The position numbers and the translations under genes were made by a program. DNA of 64,000 bases, from the NCBI GenBank assembly GCA_020723105.1, contig DYJL01000001.1:198273-262272 (forward strand), written 5' to 3'. Below the pieces are notes generated by a model that searched no databases, was not told the DNA's origin, and saw only the letters and a program-made list of their open reading frames with translations. Shown in pieces: positions 58,801-64,000 of this stretch (its first letter is position 1; each line of letters starts with the position of its first letter). The stretch comes from Nitrospira japonica. Its GTDB lineage: Bacteria; Nitrospirota; Thermodesulfovibrionia; UBA6902.

Positions 58801-59865
58801 ATGCAAGTTCAGGATAAGCATTATAACTTTTTTACTATGAAAGACGTCAAGAAAACTCTGAAAGAGGCAAAGCCGGGTTTGGTACTGGCTGTTGTAATTG
58901 GAACTGCTGGATATGTTTTTACAAAAGTCATGCAATCGCATCTGCTGGAGCCTCTGCTTGTTGCTCTGCTTTTAGGTATCATTATAAGGTCTGTCAATAA
59001 AGATAAGAAAAAGTATGAAGCGGGCATCAGCCTGGCCCCTCTGATATTCATCCCCGTCGGCATATTGTTTTACGGACTGCACAACCTGAACTTTGCAAAG
59101 CTGACCGAGGTATCTCCAGCCAGCTTAACATTGCTGTTTGCTGTAATGTTTGTCTATATTACTGTGATACTCTGTTTGGGAAAAGCGCTGAAACTGAAAA
59201 AGCAGATAACATATCTATCTGCTGCCGGTTCAGCAATATGCGGAGCTTCAGCAATTGCTGTTGTAGCCCCTGCGATAGAAGCCGAACCAGAAGACGTTTC
59301 AATATCACTTTTGGCAGTGGCGCTATCAGCCTTTATCGGATTTGCACTTATCCTGCCTTTATGTGCCGGACTTTTTAATATGACCAGCCTGAATTACAGT
59401 TTTCTCTCAGGCGCAACCCTGCAGTTTACAGGCCTTGTGAAAGTCGCTTCATTTCACACACCTTTTTTAAGAAACGATATGTCACAGGAGGCAATGCAGT
59501 CCCTGGCGCTCACTGTAAAAGCTGTAAGGTATCTTGGCTTGCTTGTTGTCATACCGCTTTTTTCAAGTTTCACAAAAAACAAATTAGCGGCGCCATGGTT
59601 TTTATGGGCTTTTCTCATCGCAGGCTTAATCGGCACGTGGCTGTACTCTACCCAGAAAATTTTCTTTAATACTGCATTAATACCTCAGATTCAGTTTATT
59701 CATAATATTTCATGGGCGATAGCAATGGCAGCCATAGGTTTAAATGCAGATGTACGAGGCTTATTGACCCATAATGGATCCAAGGCTTTGATTATAACTT
59801 TTACCGGCTTTGTAGCTGCCGTAGGAGCATTGATTGCCGGACTTTATTTTATTGGCCGGATATAA
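58801..59865 (+). CDS. YeiH/putative sulfate exporter family membrane protein
   Basis: GSAICGASAI, AMAAIGL, many TM helices. Confidence 0.8.
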   Translation: MQVQDKHYNFFTMKDVKKTLKEAKPGLVLAVVIGTAGYVFTKVMQSHLLEPLLVALLLGIIIRSVNKDKKKYEAGISLAPLIFIPVGILFYGLHNLNFAKLTEVSPASLTLLFAVMFVYITVILCLGKALKLKKQITYLSAAGSAICGASAIAVVAPAIEAEPEDVSISLLAVALSAFIGFALILPLCAGLFNMTSLNYSFLSGATLQFTGLVKVASFHTPFLRNDMSQEAMQSLALTVKAVRYLGLLVVIPLFSSFTKNKLAAPWFLWAFLIAGLIGTWLYSTQKIFFNTALIPQIQFIHNISWAIAMAAIGLNADVRGLLTHNGSKALIITFTGFVAAVGALIAGLYFIGRI

Positions 59866-59878
59866 TTACTGATTACCA

Positions 59879-61588
59879 ATGAATACTAAAAACAAATTTG
59901 AGGCACCCAGGACAAGCATAAAAAACAATATACTCCTGTCCTTTTTCTTTGTCCTGGCTGCAGGCGGCATTGCAATCAACGTCATTCTACAGAACATCAT
60001 TCAGAAAACTCTCCTTCTCGAAAAAATTGACCATGTCATTATTGAAAATATAAGCAGGCATGTAGCGTTAATCGGCTCAGGGATAACTATTGGCGGAATT
60101 ATTATTATTCTGTTTATTGCCTTTCTTTTATCGGAATCAATTACAAAGCCGATAAAAACATTAATCGGCGGTATGATTGAAATCGCTCGCGGCAAATTTG
60201 ATACGAGAATAACGGTCACTGCTTCCAATGAGCTGGGACAGCTTGCAGAAGGGTTCAATCTTATGGCGGCCCACATCGAAGACGCTTTGAAGGAATTGAA
60301 GGACGCAAAGGAATATACCGACAACATTATCGTTTCCATGCCCTCCATACTGATAGTCCTGGATAAAAACCTCAGAATACTATCCACGAATATGAGCTTT
60401 GAAAAACTCCGGGAACAGTTTCCAGAATTTTCCATTCAACAGTTTGTCAGTAATCTGGAAGGAGAAATCAAAAAAAATCTGCGCACCTGCGAAACGATTA
60501 AAAAAGAGTTTGTTGTTGTTCCTGAGGGCTTTGATGTAACCCTGATTTTTTCTGCTGTGATATCCTGCATAGGAGATGGAACATCAGAATATGACAGCGG
60601 TAAAGAGGAGCGTGTTTTGCTGACCATAACCGACGTCACCGAGCGCACAAAGATGAAGGAAATGGTGTTCCAATCCAGACAGGACTGGGAAGATACCTTC
60701 AATCTTATACCCGATATGGTAACCATACACGATAAAGAGATGAACATCATACAGGCCAACAAGGCCGCGCAGGAAGCGCTTTCTCTGCCATTACTGTCTC
60801 CTGAAAAAATAAATAAGTGCTATAAATTCTACCACGGCACAGAAACGGCTCCCAACGCTTGCCCGAGTTGTAAGTGTTTAAAAACAGGCCAATCCGGTAC
60901 TTTTGAATTATTCGAGCCTTATCTGGAGAAATTTATAGAAATCAGAGCCATTCCCCGCATGAATAAAAACAATGAAATGATAGGGCTCATCCATATTGTC
61001 AGAGACATAACACAACGTAAGCAGATAGAGGAGGAACACAAACAACTGCTTTCAGTTATCACAATGGCCAAAATCGAGTGGGAGGCGACCTTTGACAGCG
61101 TCAATGAATTTATTGTTCTGGTAGACAAGGAACTGAATATAAAGAGATGCAACAGCAGTTTTGCACAATATGCCGGATTACCGTCTCATAAACTTGCAAA
61201 TAAAAAATATTATGACTATCTGTCATTCAGCGATACTGAAAGGTTTCAGTATTGCCAGGAACTCATTAAGGGAGAAGAACCGCTTGAGAGGATGGAAATC
61301 AATACGATAAACAATCACTGGTTTTACATGAGCCAGCGTCCCTTACGTGATAAAAAGGGAAATTATCTCCATACAGTTATTATAGCTACAGATATCACAA
61401 ACCTGAAAAATACCCAGCAGCAGCTCAAGCAATCAGAGCAGAATCTTAAGAAACAACTTGAAGACCTTGAGAAGTTTTATGAAATGGCTGTGGGACGGGA
61501 ACTGAAAATGAAGGAGCTGAAGAAAGAGATAAAGAAATTAAACGAAGAACTCACTAACCATAAGGAAAATGAATTCATCAGAAACTAA
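59879..61588 (+). CDS. Membrane HAMP-PAS-PAS-PAS sensor without kinase domain
   Basis: 2 TM helices, HAMP (NELGQLA..FN.M), WE.TF PAS repeats, C-terminal VGRELKM coiled coil; no H-box. Confidence 0.8.
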   Translation: MNTKNKFEAPRTSIKNNILLSFFFVLAAGGIAINVILQNIIQKTLLLEKIDHVIIENISRHVALIGSGITIGGIIIILFIAFLLSESITKPIKTLIGGMIEIARGKFDTRITVTASNELGQLAEGFNLMAAHIEDALKELKDAKEYTDNIIVSMPSILIVLDKNLRILSTNMSFEKLREQFPEFSIQQFVSNLEGEIKKNLRTCETIKKEFVVVPEGFDVTLIFSAVISCIGDGTSEYDSGKEERVLLTITDVTERTKMKEMVFQSRQDWEDTFNLIPDMVTIHDKEMNIIQANKAAQEALSLPLLSPEKINKCYKFYHGTETAPNACPSCKCLKTGQSGTFELFEPYLEKFIEIRAIPRMNKNNEMIGLIHIVRDITQRKQIEEEHKQLLSVITMAKIEWEATFDSVNEFIVLVDKELNIKRCNSSFAQYAGLPSHKLANKKYYDYLSFSDTERFQYCQELIKGEEPLERMEINTINNHWFYMSQRPLRDKKGNYLHTVIIATDITNLKNTQQQLKQSEQNLKKQLEDLEKFYEMAVGRELKMKELKKEIKKLNEELTNHKENEFIRN

Positions 61589-62336
61589 TCAGGAAGCATG
61601 TTCTGTCATGAATATTTCTGAAACAATAAAATCAGAACAAGCCTATAAAGAACTCTCCGAGATATATGCAAACAACCTGAAAATACAGGAGCAAAAAGCC
61701 AGAACCGGCAGGGAAGCATTCCTTAACATGCTTGAGGACCTGAATGAATCGTATAAAGAACTTGAAGATTTATTTATAAAACTTATTCGTGTTATGGTCA
61801 ATGCCCTTGATGCAAAAAGCCCCTGGACCAAAGGTCATTCCGAAAGAGTATCAATGTACACAGAGCAGATAGCCTTTGAAATGCTGCTCGACAGTGAAGA
61901 GATAAAGAACATCAAGCTGGCAGGGATACTCCATGACATTGGAAAGATAGGCACTTACGATTATCTTCTGGACAAGCCCGGCAAGCTTACGAATGAAGAA
62001 TATGAAATTGTTAAAAAACATCCTGCACAGGGCGCAGTCATTCTTAAAGACATCAAACAGTTAAAGGACATTGTTCCGATGATTGAGTATCATCATGAGA
62101 AAATTGACGGCACCGGATATCCCTACAGGCTCAAAGGAGATGAAATACCAATTGGCGCCAGAATACTTCATGTGGCTGATTCGTTTGACTCCATGACATC
62201 TGACAGGCCCTACAGGCCGGCCCCTGGAATAGAGTATGCGTTGTCTGAATTGAATAAATATAAGGGAAAACAATTCGACCCGCAGGTAGTAGATGCCTTC
62301 CTGAGGGTATTTGAAAAACGGAACAGCCAGAATTAA
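61569..62336 (+). CDS. HD-GYP c-di-GMP phosphodiesterase
   Basis: [28 protein letters not shown]. Confidence 0.92.
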   Translation: MNSSETNQEACSVMNISETIKSEQAYKELSEIYANNLKIQEQKARTGREAFLNMLEDLNESYKELEDLFIKLIRVMVNALDAKSPWTKGHSERVSMYTEQIAFEMLLDSEEIKNIKLAGILHDIGKIGTYDYLLDKPGKLTNEEYEIVKKHPAQGAVILKDIKQLKDIVPMIEYHHEKIDGTGYPYRLKGDEIPIGARILHVADSFDSMTSDRPYRPAPGIEYALSELNKYKGKQFDPQVVDAFLRVFEKRNSQN

Positions 62337-63064
62337 CATTTCAGTAAGGGGTCTTCCACTCCCGCCTCTTTAAAGCCCTTTGCGCGCAGCAGACAACTGT
62401 CACACCGTCCGCAACTAATCCCTTTCCGCTTTGGTTCAGGCTGCGGATCATAGCAGCTCCAGGTCCGAGAATAATCAACACCAAGTTCAAGCCCCCTTTT
62501 TATTATCTCGCCTTTTGTGAGGTTAATTAAGGGAGCATTTATTCTGAATTTCATTTTCCCTTCGACGGAAACCCTTGTTGCAAGATTTGCCATGTCTTCG
62601 AAGGCTTTTATAAACTCGGGCCTGCAATCCGGATAACCGCTATAGTCAACTGCATTAGCGCCGATAAAGATGTCTTCTGCTTCCAAAACCTCTGCCCATC
62701 CAAGTGCAAAGGAAAGAAATATGGTATTCCTTGCCGGAACATAAGTGACAGTGATTTGGGGTTGGGGATTAGGGATTGGTTCTTCTTTACTAACCCCTAA
62801 TCCCTGACACCTACCCCCTGTTTTTGGGACTTCCATATCCGTTGTCAGCGCAGAACCGCCGATATCTCTGAGATTAAAGTTTATGACAAGATGTTTTTTT
62901 GTATTAAAGCTTGCTGCAATCTTACGGGCTGATTCCAGCTCTATCTTATGTCGTTGTCCGTAATCAAAACTCAAGGCGTAGATATCAAAGCCTTGCGCTT
63001 TTGCAATTGCCAATGTGGTTGTCGAATCAACCCCACCGCTTAAAAGTACAACTGCTGGTTTCAT
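62333..63064 (-). CDS. queC: 7-cyano-7-deazaguanine synthase
   Basis: LSGGVDS, YGQRH, YVPARN, YPDCR, TWSCY, CGRCDSC; start MKPAVV more likely than 63106. Confidence 0.93.
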   Translation of the reverse strand: MKPAVVLLSGGVDSTTTLAIAKAQGFDIYALSFDYGQRHKIELESARKIAASFNTKKHLVINFNLRDIGGSALTTDMEVPKTGGRCQGLGVSKEEPIPNPQPQITVTYVPARNTIFLSFALGWAEVLEAEDIFIGANAVDYSGYPDCRPEFIKAFEDMANLATRVSVEGKMKFRINAPLINLTKGEIIKRGLELGVDYSRTWSCYDPQPEPKRKGISCGRCDSCLLRAKGFKEAGVEDPLLKC

Positions 63065-63078
63065 AGATTTTATCAATT

Positions 63079-63117
63079 CCCCCCTCTCCCTAACCCTCTC
63101 CCGCATGGGGAGAGGGA
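63079..63117. repeat. CCCTCTCCC...GGGAGAGGG palindromic REP-like element
   Basis: ccccctctccctaaccctctcccgcatggggagaggga. Confidence 0.7.
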
Positions 63118-63136
63118 ATTCCTTTTTTCATACCCC

Positions 63137-63814
63137 TTACCCCTTACCCCTTACCCCTTTTTTATCACCTATCTTCGACTCTTTTCCTTCAATGAGTCTT
63201 TTAATATTTTCCTTATGTCTGAAAATTATCAATACGGCAAATAAGATACCAAAAACAATCTTGATCTTTGAAAAATCCATAAAGGCAAATATCACCGGCA
63301 GGGCGCTGACAGCAGTGATGGCCGCAAGCGAGGAATATTTTGTAAACACTGCAACTGAGATCCAGATAAGAAGTATAAGTCCTGCAGAGAGAGGGCTGTA
63401 TGCAGCCAATACCCCTAAGCCGGTTGCAACGCCTTTCCCGCCTTTAAAAGAAAGGAAAATAGAAAATATATGTCCGGAAACTGCGGCAAGCCCTGTCAAT
63501 CCTCCCCAGAAATCTTTTGCGTTACTTATCAGGGCCGTACCTCCTTCTGCCGGAGTTATGCTGGCAATAATGTAATTACAAAGTATAACTGGAACAGCGC
63601 CTTTGAGGATGTCACATAATAATGTTAAAAGTGCAGGCCCTTTTCCTGCGGTCCTTAATACATTGGTTGCGCCGATGTTTTTACTTCCTGCAGACCTGAG
63701 ATCAATACCCTTGCTCTTTGTGAAAACAAGCCCGAAAGGAATTGAACCAGAGAGAAACGCTATCGGAAGCAGAATGTAAAGCTGAGGATAAAAGGTTAGA
63801 ACGGAAGCCATCAT
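63137..63814 (-). CDS. plsY: Glycerol-3-phosphate acyltransferase
   Basis: GSIPFG, GSKNIGATNVLR, FKGGKGVAT, RHKENIKRL; start overlaps the pgsA stop. Confidence 0.93.
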   Translation of the reverse strand: MMASVLTFYPQLYILLPIAFLSGSIPFGLVFTKSKGIDLRSAGSKNIGATNVLRTAGKGPALLTLLCDILKGAVPVILCNYIIASITPAEGGTALISNAKDFWGGLTGLAAVSGHIFSIFLSFKGGKGVATGLGVLAAYSPLSAGLILLIWISVAVFTKYSSLAAITAVSALPVIFAFMDFSKIKIVFGILFAVLIIFRHKENIKRLIEGKESKIGDKKGVRGKG

Positions 63815-64000
63815 AACCGCTTCCAGAAAAGTACAAAATACTGAACTCCTGACACAACACCCAGAATCATTGCTATCCAAAGCAGGGTAATGCCTGTGCT
63901 GTATAAATCAAAAGGTATTAAGGTGCTGTCAATAAACAAAACAAGTATTGACGATATTTGTGCAACCACCTTAATCTTGCCGCCCATCTCTGCAGGAATT
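63811..64000 (-). CDS. pgsA: PGP synthase, C-terminal part (runs off window)
   Basis: Minus strand reads IPAEMGGKIKVVAQ...SGVQYFVLFWKRL*. Confidence 0.7.
   Translation of the reverse strand, partial: IPAEMGGKIKVVAQISSILVLFIDSTLIPFDLYSTGITLLWIAMILGVVSGVQYFVLFWKRL

Noticed and set aside
276-63575. Numerous short antisense or overlapping ORFs in the track (e.g. 25214-25726, 26026-26568, 52117-52575, 63015-63575)
   Set aside because: Shadow frames of well-supported genes, with no motifs or RBS.

Overview
The window has two parts. Bases 1 to ~37,590 are the right-hand part of a large integrated element (genomic island/ICE/prophage-like). It ends in a duplicated 3' half of tRNA-Leu(CAA) at 37535-37586, flanked by att-type repeats; the integrase and left end lie outside the window. 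The island holds a PP2C phosphatase, a RelA/SpoT-type HD hydrolase and a sigma54-preceded MoxR-type AAA+ ATPase. The ATPase is followed by three divergent ~698-aa paralogues of an uncharacterised partner, separated by long 7/8-mer repeat hairpins. Also present: an LMW phosphatase, an XRE + radical SAM/SPASM + 77-aa peptide unit, extra ftsW and ftsB copies, a site-2 protease, a GH18-like protein, LemA and a thermonuclease. A mobile backbone (Gp3/RDF-like protein, DUF736, primase, class II RNR) follows, then a SWIM-SNF2-ATPase cassette bracketed by two diverged copies of the nrdJ 3' end. Bases ~37,600-64,000 are host chromosome, resembling an anaerobic Nitrospirota/Desulfobacterota-type bacterium (inference). 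It contains bioB-bioW, tRNA-Val, thrS-infC-rpmI-rplT-pheST, mtaB, miaB, dtd, a GHMP kinase-uridylyltransferase fusion, suhB, a multihaem cytochrome, PAS/HD-GYP signalling genes, queC, plsY and partial pgsA. The best candidate for an undescribed system is the ATPase plus triplicated partner locus (5471-17167). All calls come from reading motifs by eye; no database searches were run.
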